From assembly GCA_049303905.1 (NCBI GenBank), contig JBAQNP010000005.1, forward strand, positions 1 through 59,654: a stretch of DNA of 59,654 bases, written 5' to 3'. This stretch comes from Candidatus Moraniibacteriota bacterium. GTDB taxonomy: Bacteria > Patescibacteriota > Minisyncoccia > Moranbacterales > UBA2206. A program made the position numbers and the translations under genes. Shown here piece by piece: positions 25,138 to 34,214 of this stretch (its first letter is position 1; each line of letters starts with the position of its first letter). The notes below the pieces were generated by a model. It was not told the DNA's origin, did not search any database, and saw nothing but the letters and a program-made list of their open reading frames with translations.

Positions 25138-26652
25138 ATGAAACAATGCGTATTAGTAATTATGGCAGTTCTGGCAATGGTTTTCTCCGCGAGTTTTACT
25201 TTTGCGGAAGAAGGTGATATTGGAATCGGTGTCGCAGTTGATACCGAAAATAATATTGCGATTGAGGGTCCAAAAGTTGAGCAAAATCAAAGCATGGAAC
25301 AGGGATTGACCAACACAAATGAAATATGTGTTGGCGGCGGAGCTGGCGGAAAAGGTGGTGAAGGTGGAAAAGGCGGAGAGGCTGAAGCAAAGGCGACCGT
25401 TGGTAATGTTACCGGCGGAACAGTCGGCGACACAACTGCAACCGGTGGAAGTGTTGGTAATACGACCGCCGATGCCGATGCGTCGGCAAATATCGGCGAT
25501 ACAACCGCCAAAAACGAAACTAAAGTGACAGGAGTAGAAGGAGATCAAAATATAGATAATCAAAACGTCTATATCTCTCCCGAGAACAAGCGTTCCCATA
25601 TCAACGCCCCTACCGGACCGAGTGGAAATTTTCTCAATGCCACAGCGATATCTTCAGATGGTTGGCAGTTATTTATTTGTCAACCGTTGTATAAAAGATT
25701 TTACGGTAAAGAGCTGAAGATTATGGCAAATGGCGCTGGAGGATTTTTTTCATCCGGAATTGAAGAATCTCTTCGTATTGAAAAGGTTGAGTCTTTTGAT
25801 GAAGCCCCTTTGGTACGATTGGATTTTATTCCGAATGGAGAAAATGACAGAATAATCGGCGAGTTTGAATTTCAAGCTGATGAGCCGATACCATTTGGAA
25901 AGGCCCTTGCTTATGTTCTCCTTAAAGCAAAAGAAGATACAAACACTCACCGAGTGGTGGTGTGGGCACGAGTAAAGGGTGAAGTAAAAAATTCGGGTTT
26001 TTCAATTGGTTCCGGCGTTGCTGGTTCTAAATTGTGGGGTCCTGGTGAAGATTCGACTGCTGGTGCAATCGGTTTGGGTGGCCTTATTGGCACAACAACC
26101 GCACGTACACAGGAAGTCTGGATGATTCGGGTTATTGCTTTTAACGATGGATCAATTGATCCGCCTCCCGGTATTGAAGTGTGCGGACTTACAGTGTCCG
26201 CGCCGGCGTCTGAAGAAATCATGAAAGAAGAAATTCTTCCGCAAGAGCCGGAATGTGACTCGAATCCGATTCTTTCAAAAATTAGACAATTAGATGAGGG
26301 CACGAAATATTGCCCAAATGATTGTTTAAACAATGAAATACTTCGGAAGCAAATGGGGGATGCCTATTTGGATCTCTTCTACTGCACGGGTGATAAAGAC
26401 GCACTCGTGAAAGCAATTGCGGAGTATAAAAACGCCGAAAAGAATTTCCTTGAAGGTCGCGAACCAAATGGAACGCGCACCAGCACCCTTCAAGGTGCAC
26501 AAGAGATTTTGTACAAAGCGCATTACAATTCTGCGCTGGCAATCCTTGAACTTAGCGGGCCCGATGCAGAAACTGAATTTGCTCAACAGAAAAAGTTGGG
26601 CGAACGAGGCGACGGCATGATGCCCGATAACCAAAACGATATCAAACGATAA
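25138..26652 (+). CDS. secreted Gly/Thr-rich protein of unknown function in a GC-rich foreign segment
   Basis: 504-aa ORF with a strong SD (gggagg 8 nt upstream), signal peptide MKQCVLVIMAVLAMVFSASFTFA and a GGGAGGKGGEGGKGGE / TGG.VG.TTA low-complexity N-region. Local G+C is high (34/60 at 25321-25380). Confidence 0.7.
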   Translation: MKQCVLVIMAVLAMVFSASFTFAEEGDIGIGVAVDTENNIAIEGPKVEQNQSMEQGLTNTNEICVGGGAGGKGGEGGKGGEAEAKATVGNVTGGTVGDTTATGGSVGNTTADADASANIGDTTAKNETKVTGVEGDQNIDNQNVYISPENKRSHINAPTGPSGNFLNATAISSDGWQLFICQPLYKRFYGKELKIMANGAGGFFSSGIEESLRIEKVESFDEAPLVRLDFIPNGENDRIIGEFEFQADEPIPFGKALAYVLLKAKEDTNTHRVVVWARVKGEVKNSGFSIGSGVAGSKLWGPGEDSTAGAIGLGGLIGTTTARTQEVWMIRVIAFNDGSIDPPPGIEVCGLTVSAPASEEIMKEEILPQEPECDSNPILSKIRQLDEGTKYCPNDCLNNEILRKQMGDAYLDLFYCTGDKDALVKAIAEYKNAEKNFLEGREPNGTRTSTLQGAQEILYKAHYNSALAILELSGPDAETEFAQQKKLGERGDGMMPDNQNDIKR

Positions 26653-26668
26653 AAAGGGAAGGTGACCC

Positions 26669-27226
26669 ATGAAAAAAATAGTAGCTATTATTTTCATTTT
26701 CGTATTTTCAAGTTCGGTGGCATTTGCCGCAAGACCGGTTCCGACACAGACTGGTTCTCAAAAATTTGTACCTAAAAACGTCCCTATCACCCCCGCCATG
26801 GTTAATGCGGGGATAGCCTACACCGACGCCCAGAGTATTCGGGCGGAGGTTGAAAAACTTAACAAAAAAGTCCAGAAGCTTGAGGCAGCCGACAAAAGTC
26901 TCTGGGAGAAAATATTCGGCAAGAAAAAAGGAGCGCTGGTCGCCCTCGAAGGTCGGCTTCAGTCGGCCATCAAAACGGCAACCGATAACTCTACCGCCGC
27001 GCAAGCCCGGGCGGAGGAGGCATTCAAAAAGGCAGAAGTGGCTGATAAAAAAGCCACTGATGTTGGAACGAAATTGGATGGGATAGCTGACATCTGCAAG
27101 AATGGGATGACTGCTATGAGGGGTGAGGTCGAGACCCTCCGCAAAATCGGCCAATATGCATTAGTGGCATTTACACTGGGCATGATATTGTTATTTATCC
27201 TTGCTCTCAGGAAACCAAAACCTTAA
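26669..27226 (+). CDS. secreted coiled-coil (alanine-zipper-like) protein with a C-terminal TM anchor
   Basis: 185-aa ORF with SD ggaaggtga, signal peptide ..SSSVAFA, an Ala/Lys/Glu heptad-like region (AAQARAEEAFKKAEVADKKATDV) and a C-terminal TM ALVAFTLGMILLFILAL. G+C is 37/60 at 26941-27000. Confidence 0.65.
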   Translation: MKKIVAIIFIFVFSSSVAFAARPVPTQTGSQKFVPKNVPITPAMVNAGIAYTDAQSIRAEVEKLNKKVQKLEAADKSLWEKIFGKKKGALVALEGRLQSAIKTATDNSTAAQARAEEAFKKAEVADKKATDVGTKLDGIADICKNGMTAMRGEVETLRKIGQYALVAFTLGMILLFILALRKPKP

Positions 27227-27439
27227 CGCAAAATTTCAAAAACTTTTAAAATAAAAAAGGAGGTGAATACGGGCGGTTGCTTTTAACACAAAGCAACCGT
27301 CCACCCAAATTTATCACAGCTAGAAATTAGGCTGTTTTTTTATTTTTAAATTAAAAATTCACTGATGTGTGGATAAAAAGCATTTGTGCTAATTCTAAAA
27401 ATTTAGTATTATATAGATATAAAAAAATAATTCAAAAAA

Positions 27440-27754
27440 ATGGAAAATAAAAATAATCCCAATCTTAATCTAGAAACATTTGTGAGTCTTTTGATAGAAG
27501 AAAAAGGTTTTGAAAATGTTGATCCGGAAATCGAAGAACAACTCAAAGCTGATTTACTTAAAAGAGTTGAGGATCGAATTAATGTTGCCATCATAAATAA
27601 TCTTCCGAAGGAAAAAATGACAGAATTTAATGAGTTATTAGACAATGCTAATCAAGATGAAATTCAAGATTATTGTAACAAAAACATTTCCGGACTGGAT
27701 GAAATAATTGCCCAAGAGCTAATGAGTTTTAGAGCAACTTATTTAAATCTTTAA
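27440..27754 (+). CDS. small acidic hypothetical protein
   Basis: 104-aa ORF ending 13 nt upstream of the giant ORF. It has no motif I can name. Confidence 0.55.
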   Translation: MENKNNPNLNLETFVSLLIEEKGFENVDPEIEEQLKADLLKRVEDRINVAIINNLPKEKMTEFNELLDNANQDEIQDYCNKNISGLDEIIAQELMSFRATYLNL

Positions 27755-27767
27755 TAAACACAAAAAT

Positions 27768-30700
27768 ATGGCCTCAGAAAATATGCCCAATACTTCTCCT
27801 AATAACTCTTATGGAGAAGAGGGTGTTGTTTCGCAGCAAAAAAAGAAAAAGCAAATAATTATTGCCGGAGTTGATTATGAAAAAGAAGCTATGGACGCGG
27901 CTGAAGCTAGGATGACTGCTAACAAAGAAGATTTGAGTGGCCCGCGTTTGTTTCAAGGAGAGGACAGAACTAGCAAGGAACAAATAAAAGGAATAGGAAA
28001 TGTTCTAAAAAAAGTTTGGAAACATAATCTTTTTCATGAATATTATCGACAAAAAGAATTATCCAAAGCAAGAAGAGCAATAAAGGATTCTGGTAATCTA
28101 TATGTAGCGGAAAAGGGAGATCAGACTGATCATGACAATGCGATGCAAGCAATTGTAGACCGTTTTTCTAGTGAATATGAAGAGGATATGATTCATAGTG
28201 AAGCGGGAGAAAAAAAGAAAACATTAGGCAATGAATCTACTGAGGAACAAGAATTGAAAGTTGAAATTCAAGATATAATCAGAAAATACGCCACGGGAGA
28301 AATTGACGAAAATGAATTTCTGGAAAGAAAAGACAGATTGTTCAATAGAGATATTCCAAAAATAAAAGGAGAAGGAAAGAGTAGTTTATTAGAGAAAAGC
28401 AATCTGTATGCTAGTAATATATTAGAAATCGCCAAGGAGGTTCGCCAAGCAGTTGAGCATGGAGAAGCTTTAAATAATTTAGATTTAGATTTTGAAGTAA
28501 TAGTCGGAAAAGCTAATGTAGGAGTGCGAACAGAAAATAATTTCAGTTCGGTTGATAAAGTAATAGACAAAATACAGAAATCTAAATTGGGAATGGTATT
28601 TGCTAATGAAACTGCAATTGCTTTAGGTGTGGCTAGTCTTTATAGTGTTTTTGTCAAGGGTTCAGTTAGTACAGCGCAAAAACTTTCTAAATTACTTGGA
28701 CCGCTTGGTCTAGGAATAAGTGCTGGAGTTGGTGGAGCAGTAGCAGGGATTCGAGAGGGAAAAAGAGTTCAAGAAGAACGAACTCAACATTCGCGCGATA
28801 TGGCTAAAGGGAAAAGTTTTGAAAAAAATGCCGAGCGAAGAACAGAAATGGAAAAATATCGCCATGAAACAAAAGGTGCCACTGAACTCACAGAGAATTT
28901 GGAAAAAAGCCTTGGGTTGCTTGATGAAAAAGATGGAAAATCGATTAGGGTTGTCTTGGCTCATCTTAATGAAATAGAAGCTCGAATTTCTTTGTCTGAT
29001 CAAAAAAGCATTGATCTTATTCAATATTCGGACGCAAAAAAGATTGAACAGGAGAGAATGCAACTTGATTTAGTTAGAGCAAAAGCTAAAGTTGAGCTAA
29101 GAAAAATTAATGGGGGAAATGTTAAGAATATTAAAGAAGAAAATGTTCCCTTGAAAGAATATCTGGAAGGAATAAAGGGTGCTCGTATTAATGATTTTCT
29201 AGAAGAAAAAACAATTAAGGATGAAGCTTTTCATAAATTTCGCCAGAAAAAAATGGGAGGTGCTTTTGTTAAGGGCGCATTAATAGGTGCAGGAGTAGGA
29301 ATCGCTGTTCAAGAAGGCATGGCTCTTCTTGGTGGAAACTCAGAAGGACTCTTGAGTGCTAAAGAGGCTTTTGCTGGCAGTGGAGCACCAGAGGCACATC
29401 ATTTCACCGCGCTGGAATATTTACGTCGATATGTGATGGGTGATTTGCCGAGAATGGACGCTTCTCAAATGCATGAGGAAGTTTTTGGCAATACTCATTT
29501 CAAATTGCCAGCCGGTGTTGATTTCCACAAAAATGCCAATGGCAGTTTTGATTTATTGCAAAATGGAAATCCAATTGCTAAAGGTCTAACACTAGATCAA
29601 AATGGTCATCTGACTAATGAGGCTCATCAAATATTAAAAGATGAAAATATTCTTACTAGTGATTCTACCCAACAAATTTCTTCGGGCGGTACAAAAGAAA
29701 TCATCCATTCACCAAAAGAATATGTGAAAAATCATGAAAATTTATTTGAAAAAATAAAAAGAGGTTCTTGGGCGGATAATGATACGCTAAAACCAGATAA
29801 AAATGAACTTAAATTATGGTGGGGAGGAGAAAAAGGAACCGGGATAGATAGTAATGGAAAATATGTTTTTAATATGAAACATATGATACCCGCTGGTTCA
29901 AGTCACGCAGGAACGCATTGGAATCCAGAGGAATTATTAAAAGAAGGAAAAATGAAACTGCTAATTTCTCTTTCGGAAGATTCACAAAATCAAGTTGTGG
30001 AAATCCCTATTGATGCCAATGGAAACGCTATAATTGATCCAAATAGTGAAATTGGAAAAATTGCTTTTGAAAATGTTAATGGACATGCTAAGTTTCTTGG
30101 AAGATTTGCCGAGGTAGCTGTTTTCGATGGACAAAAAGACGGAGTTGATGTATTTAATCCGCTAGCCACTTACGAAGGAAAGGGATTGGCAGATTGGAAA
30201 GAAATAGTAAAAATCCCTGGAGAAGAAATTTCCACAACTATTCTTGAAATTCCAGCCGAAAACACAGTCGATTGGCCATACGCGATTCCGGTTTTAGGAA
30301 GAAATCCACTTGAAAGAACAAGAGGAAAAGAAAAGACACCTTCTTATTTATATTATGGAGCAAGTTCAGCAGGGGAAATTTTGGCAGAATTTCAAAAAAG
30401 AGGTATCGAACTAGATTCATATAAAACTATAAATGAGAATGGAAGCAAAAAGTTAGTTAATAAGGAAGGAAAAGAAATTCAACGAAATGTCGATCGAGAA
30501 AATCAAAGAATTAAAGAGTATCTTTCCAATCAAGATTCTGATTATTTAGAAGAGTTAGAAAAATTAAACACAAATCTAACCCCAATGCATGAAGATTGTA
30601 GAGTTTGTATTAATATCCCCGCAAGAATAGAAGAAAAACACATTGCTAATTTATTAGAACAATTTTCAAAACAAACCGATTCAAAAGGCAACCCTATCGA

Positions 30701-31541
30701 CACTTCTCAGTTTGAAATAAATATTATAGTAAATAAGAAGAAATCAGAAACTGCTGATAAAACAATGGAAATTATCGAGAAATGGAAAAAGACACACTCA
30801 GAAGTTAAGGTAAATGCGATTGACGTTTCTTTTGATGATAATAAGGGTTGCGTTGGATTAGCAAGAAAATATATAACGGATTTATCTTTACTACGTTCTG
30901 TTTCAAGGAAAAAACAAGCTGGTCCTCTTTACATAGAATCAGAAGATGCTGACATGTTTGGGGTAGATAAACGAATGGTTTATGAATTGATTAATAATTT
31001 TGATAATAATCCTTCGACGGATGTTCTTCGAGGAATTCAAGATCGACAACCTGAAACATTACAAAAAAATGATTTGCTTTTCTTTTCAAGAAGACTATGG
31101 GATTTTATGGAAATTTTTGCAAGAAACCAAAAATATCGTCCTGAGAATAAAAAAGATGCAGATTTTGTATGGAATAGAGTTATAAGTGGGGGCTGGAATA
31201 CAGCCTATACAGCTGAAGCATACGCTCAAATTGGTGGCTATACTCAAACAAAAGTCATTGGGGAAGATATGGAAATTGGCCAAAAAATTTCTGTCTTAAG
31301 AGGAATTAAAAATGATAAAACAAATGAATTTACTCCTAATACTCAAACAGCAAAAACCTCTGGATTACGAAGTAGTTCAAGTCCAAGAAGATTCATCGAC
31401 GCCCTAGATAGAGGCGTCCCTCCTTACGATGATTTTGAAAATCAAAAATTAAAGCAGTTTAGCTTAGATGAATTATTAGATAGAATTAAAACATATGCCA
31501 ACGCTGACAAAAACAATTTAGATAGATACCAAAAAGAGTAA
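27768..31541 (+). CDS. giant membrane protein with a C-terminal GT2 (GT-A fold) glycosyltransferase domain
   Basis: 1257-aa ORF with hydrophobic segments around aa 285-330 and 505-530 (GALIGAGVGIAVQEGMALLGG). The C-terminal ~300 aa have CINIPARIEEKHIANLLEQFSKQ, ..GLARKY.., ESEDADMF (a DxD motif) and IGEDMEIGQKI, matching the GT2 pattern. Confidence 0.8.
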   Translation: MASENMPNTSPNNSYGEEGVVSQQKKKKQIIIAGVDYEKEAMDAAEARMTANKEDLSGPRLFQGEDRTSKEQIKGIGNVLKKVWKHNLFHEYYRQKELSKARRAIKDSGNLYVAEKGDQTDHDNAMQAIVDRFSSEYEEDMIHSEAGEKKKTLGNESTEEQELKVEIQDIIRKYATGEIDENEFLERKDRLFNRDIPKIKGEGKSSLLEKSNLYASNILEIAKEVRQAVEHGEALNNLDLDFEVIVGKANVGVRTENNFSSVDKVIDKIQKSKLGMVFANETAIALGVASLYSVFVKGSVSTAQKLSKLLGPLGLGISAGVGGAVAGIREGKRVQEERTQHSRDMAKGKSFEKNAERRTEMEKYRHETKGATELTENLEKSLGLLDEKDGKSIRVVLAHLNEIEARISLSDQKSIDLIQYSDAKKIEQERMQLDLVRAKAKVELRKINGGNVKNIKEENVPLKEYLEGIKGARINDFLEEKTIKDEAFHKFRQKKMGGAFVKGALIGAGVGIAVQEGMALLGGNSEGLLSAKEAFAGSGAPEAHHFTALEYLRRYVMGDLPRMDASQMHEEVFGNTHFKLPAGVDFHKNANGSFDLLQNGNPIAKGLTLDQNGHLTNEAHQILKDENILTSDSTQQISSGGTKEIIHSPKEYVKNHENLFEKIKRGSWADNDTLKPDKNELKLWWGGEKGTGIDSNGKYVFNMKHMIPAGSSHAGTHWNPEELLKEGKMKLLISLSEDSQNQVVEIPIDANGNAIIDPNSEIGKIAFENVNGHAKFLGRFAEVAVFDGQKDGVDVFNPLATYEGKGLADWKEIVKIPGEEISTTILEIPAENTVDWPYAIPVLGRNPLERTRGKEKTPSYLYYGASSAGEILAEFQKRGIELDSYKTINENGSKKLVNKEGKEIQRNVDRENQRIKEYLSNQDSDYLEELEKLNTNLTPMHEDCRVCINIPARIEEKHIANLLEQFSKQTDSKGNPIDTSQFEINIIVNKKKSETADKTMEIIEKWKKTHSEVKVNAIDVSFDDNKGCVGLARKYITDLSLLRSVSRKKQAGPLYIESEDADMFGVDKRMVYELINNFDNNPSTDVLRGIQDRQPETLQKNDLLFFSRRLWDFMEIFARNQKYRPENKKDADFVWNRVISGGWNTAYTAEAYAQIGGYTQTKVIGEDMEIGQKISVLRGIKNDKTNEFTPNTQTAKTSGLRSSSSPRRFIDALDRGVPPYDDFENQKLKQFSLDELLDRIKTYANADKNNLDRYQKE

Positions 31542-31545
31542 GGAT

Positions 31546-31755
31546 ATGTTTAAAAATGATTCCGAGTGGACCAAAGTGATGAAAAGAACATTAACTATAG
31601 GCATGGGTCTAAAAGATAAAGTTCATTATAATATCAATAATGATGGGGTGGCTCTTACTCCAAAGGGCATGGACAAAATCATAGAAAATTTTGATCAATA
31701 CAAGAAATATAAACGTTGGCAATTAGGATATAAGAATCAAAACTCTCCGCTTTAA
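31546..31755 (+). CDS. hypothetical small protein
   Basis: 69-aa ORF starting 4 nt after the giant ORF stop, followed by a terminator. Confidence 0.45.
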   Translation: MFKNDSEWTKVMKRTLTIGMGLKDKVHYNINNDGVALTPKGMDKIIENFDQYKKYKRWQLGYKNQNSPL

Positions 31756-31784
31756 TATTACCACACCGAAATATAAAACAATCA

Positions 31785-31808
31785 AAAACGCCAGAAATGG
31801 CGTTTTTT
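31785..31808 (+). terminator. intrinsic terminator
   Basis: aaaacgccagaaatggcgtttttt. Confidence 0.7.
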
Positions 31809-31820
31809 GTGTGGTTAAAT

Positions 31821-31848
31821 TTGACTTTTTTTGACGATGTGATATACT
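31821..31848 (+). promoter_or_regulatory. sigma70-like promoter with an extended -10
   Basis: TTGACT, a 16-nt spacer, then TATACT preceded by TGa, about 30 nt upstream of the ATG at 31880. Confidence 0.5.
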
Positions 31849-31879
31849 TTCAAGTTAAAAAATATTGAGAAATTAGGTC

Positions 31880-32746
31880 ATGAAAATCGCGTATATTCAC
31901 CAAAAATCAGTAGAAGAAATAGCCAAAAGGCTTTCCAAAAAAGGGCATCGGGTTTTTATCCACCCGTCTTTTTGGCGAGTCATTTTTCAGGATTTTGAAA
32001 TAATTCATTTCCTGCCTTCTTTTTCCAAAACTATTATTTTTTTGATTTCTATTTTCAAAAGAAAAACCGCGCTTATTAGAACAGAAATTCCAAAGGGAGT
32101 GGATGTTTCTGGCGCGGAAAATTTTGAATATCTGCAAAAATTCAATTTGCAAAAAGGAAGCTATGTTCTGACCGTCAATCAATTAAACAGAAAAAGTAAC
32201 ATAAAGGATGTTGTGGAAGCTTTTAAGAGTTTGGAAGACCAGCATTTGACTCGTGAAAAAAAATTGGTAATCGTAGGAAGTGGCTCATTAGGGGATGAAT
32301 ATTTCAAAGAGATTAAAGATTCGGCAAGAGGTAGAGAGAGCATTATTTTTATTGGAGATCAAAACGGAGAAGCTTTGAATCAACTTTTTTCTTGGGCCTA
32401 TTGCTTTGTTGATCCATCGGCAAAGAACAAAATGTCTCAAAATGTTTTGGAGGCTATGGGATATGGCAAAGCTGTCTTAGTTGGAAATACTAAGAAAAAT
32501 ATAGAGACGCTGGATGGTGAGTTTGGTTTTATTTTTCAACTTAGAAACATCAAGGATTTGGAAGAAAAATTGGTTTTTATGATAAACAATCCGGCGCTTA
32601 TGAAAATAACGGGAGAAAAAGCAATGCTAAAAATTCAAAGGGAATTTAGTTGGGAAAAAATAACTAATCAAATTGAAATAAATTATGAAGACGCGCTACT
32701 TCAAAAAGGAAAAGCGCTCAACAAACCTTATGAAAGAAATATTTAA
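31880..32746 (+). CDS. compact GT4-family (GT-B) glycosyltransferase
   Basis: 288-aa ORF with ..KLVIVGSGSLGDEYFKEIK.., ..CFVDPSAKNKMSQNVLEAMGYGKAVLV.., the typical glycos_transf_1 C-domain. Confidence 0.75.
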   Translation: MKIAYIHQKSVEEIAKRLSKKGHRVFIHPSFWRVIFQDFEIIHFLPSFSKTIIFLISIFKRKTALIRTEIPKGVDVSGAENFEYLQKFNLQKGSYVLTVNQLNRKSNIKDVVEAFKSLEDQHLTREKKLVIVGSGSLGDEYFKEIKDSARGRESIIFIGDQNGEALNQLFSWAYCFVDPSAKNKMSQNVLEAMGYGKAVLVGNTKKNIETLDGEFGFIFQLRNIKDLEEKLVFMINNPALMKITGEKAMLKIQREFSWEKITNQIEINYEDALLQKGKALNKPYERNI

Positions 32747-33527
32747 ATCAAAAAAATTCTATATTCTTTTTGTTTTCGCCGTCGCGTTTGTTTTTTTGGC
32801 GTTAATTAATCTTGGTCAAGCTTATCAATCCCAGAGAGATTTGTTGGTGATTTTTAAGAGTGAAAAAGCTGCTATAAATGCTAGTATCATTCTAGAGAAT
32901 CTAAGACTATTATCCAATCCAAATGAACAAATAAAAGTTGAACGAATTGGAGGAAGTTCTATTTTGAAATTTACCGCAAAAAATAAGACTCTCTATACCG
33001 CAGAAACTTTAAGCTCTCAAGCAGTTAAAAATTTCATAAGCACCATTGGGGTTTATTATGACATTCGAAATGATATTGATATTAGAATAATTAATGGATC
33101 AAAGACAAAATCTTCTTTTGCTGGTTCATATAGCTATGCATTTTTTGCAAGTTTGTTAGTTGGATTTTTTCTAGCTCTTATATTGAATTATTTTTTGTTT
33201 TTGTTCGAACAAAGCCAACCAAAAGAAAAAATAAAAACAAATCTAACTTGGTCATATAAAGAAGCACCGAAGGATGAAGTTAAGCAAGTTGCTATGAAAA
33301 TAGAGAAAGTAAAGAAACCAATATCAGTAGAGGAAGAATATATTCCAATTTTTTCCAAAAAAGCCGTTGCGCCGGATAATTTACCAGTCGCAGAAGAGAT
33401 GCCTGTATTTGAGCAATCCCAAAAAGAAGAGCCAAAAAAAGAGGAAACAAAAACTCCTCTAATTCATGAGGCTACCGCCGAAGAAGTCAAAGAAAGACTA
33501 AATCGACTTTTAAGTGGGAAATTATAA
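32730..33527 (+). CDS. two-TM membrane protein (Wzz-like topology)
   Basis: The start is moved to the ATG at 32730 (MKEIFKSKKFYILFVFAVAFVFLALI), leaving a 17-nt overlap with the GT4 gene. A second TM lies at aa about 145-170, followed by a charged tail. Confidence 0.55.
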   Translation: MKEIFKSKKFYILFVFAVAFVFLALINLGQAYQSQRDLLVIFKSEKAAINASIILENLRLLSNPNEQIKVERIGGSSILKFTAKNKTLYTAETLSSQAVKNFISTIGVYYDIRNDIDIRIINGSKTKSSFAGSYSYAFFASLLVGFFLALILNYFLFLFEQSQPKEKIKTNLTWSYKEAPKDEVKQVAMKIEKVKKPISVEEEYIPIFSKKAVAPDNLPVAEEMPVFEQSQKEEPKKEETKTPLIHEATAEEVKERLNRLLSGKL

Positions 33528-33546
33528 TAGCTTATTTTTCATAAAT

Positions 33547-33576
33547 AAAGCCCCGATTTATGTCGGGGCTTTATTT
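33547..33576 (+). terminator. intrinsic terminator
   Basis: aaagccccgatttatgtcggggctttattt. Confidence 0.65.
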
Positions 33577-33658
33577 AATTTTTGGGTATGATAGAATAAG
33601 TAGGAAGTATAAAGCTTGCCCGCCGAAGAGGCATGGTAGTAAGTATAAAGTAAAATTT

Positions 33659-34204
33659 ATGGAATTTATAAAAACCACTCTCAAAGACGCATACGTAATT
33701 AAACCACAAGTTTTTGGCGACAATCGCGGATTTTTTTTAGAAAGTTATTCTAAGAAAAAATTTGAACAAGAGGGGATTGGCGCAGAATTTGTGCAGGACA
33801 ATCATTCAAAATCAGAAAAAAAAGGCACGCTTCGCGGACTGCATTTTCAACTTCCACCATATGCGCAAGCAAAATTAATTCGAGTTGTGAAGGGAAAAAT
33901 TTTAGATGTAATCTTAGATCTTCGCCATGACAGTGAAACTTTTGGCCAATGGGAAGCTTTTGAATTATCAGCTGAAAATTTCCAAATGCTTTTTGTTCCA
34001 CAAGGCTTTGCTCATGGACTTATGACATTGGAAGATAACACGGAAGTTTTGTATAAAGCTGATAATTTTTATGAACCCACTCATGAAGGAGGAATTGCCT
34101 GGAACGATCCAGATCTCAAAATTAACTGGCCTCTGGAAAATCCAATTCTTTCTGATCGCGACGGCAAATGGCCAAATTTTAAAAATTTAGATAATCCGTT
34201 TTAA
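33659..34204 (+). CDS. rfbC: dTDP-4-dehydrorhamnose 3,5-epimerase
   Basis: The start is moved to MEFIKTTLKDAYVIKPQVFGDNRGFFLESY. RGLHFQ and FVPQGFAHG motifs are present. The track start at 33560 would read through the terminator hairpin. Confidence 0.9.
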   Translation: MEFIKTTLKDAYVIKPQVFGDNRGFFLESYSKKKFEQEGIGAEFVQDNHSKSEKKGTLRGLHFQLPPYAQAKLIRVVKGKILDVILDLRHDSETFGQWEAFELSAENFQMLFVPQGFAHGLMTLEDNTEVLYKADNFYEPTHEGGIAWNDPDLKINWPLENPILSDRDGKWPNFKNLDNPF

Positions 34205-34214
34205 TTTTAAACTT

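Noticed and set aside
25153-27183. A dense set of overlapping ORFs in other frames and on the other strand across 25138..27226.
   Set aside because: This is expected from the locally high G+C, which gives fewer stop codons. The two plus-strand ORFs have an SD, a signal peptide and coherent protein features, and the others do not.
27254-27302. A perfect aaggaggtga followed by a GC-rich hairpin after the coiled-coil gene. It could be a tiny TTG-initiated ORF (17 codons).
   Set aside because: There is no ATG or GTG. The TTG reading frame runs through the hairpin and has no supporting features. It more likely belongs to the 3' end of the acquired segment.
33560-33658. A longer start for rfbC at 33560.
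   Set aside because: The extension would be translated through the terminator hairpin of the upstream gene and a repeat-like stretch. Conserved RfbC sequence begins at the ATG at 33659.
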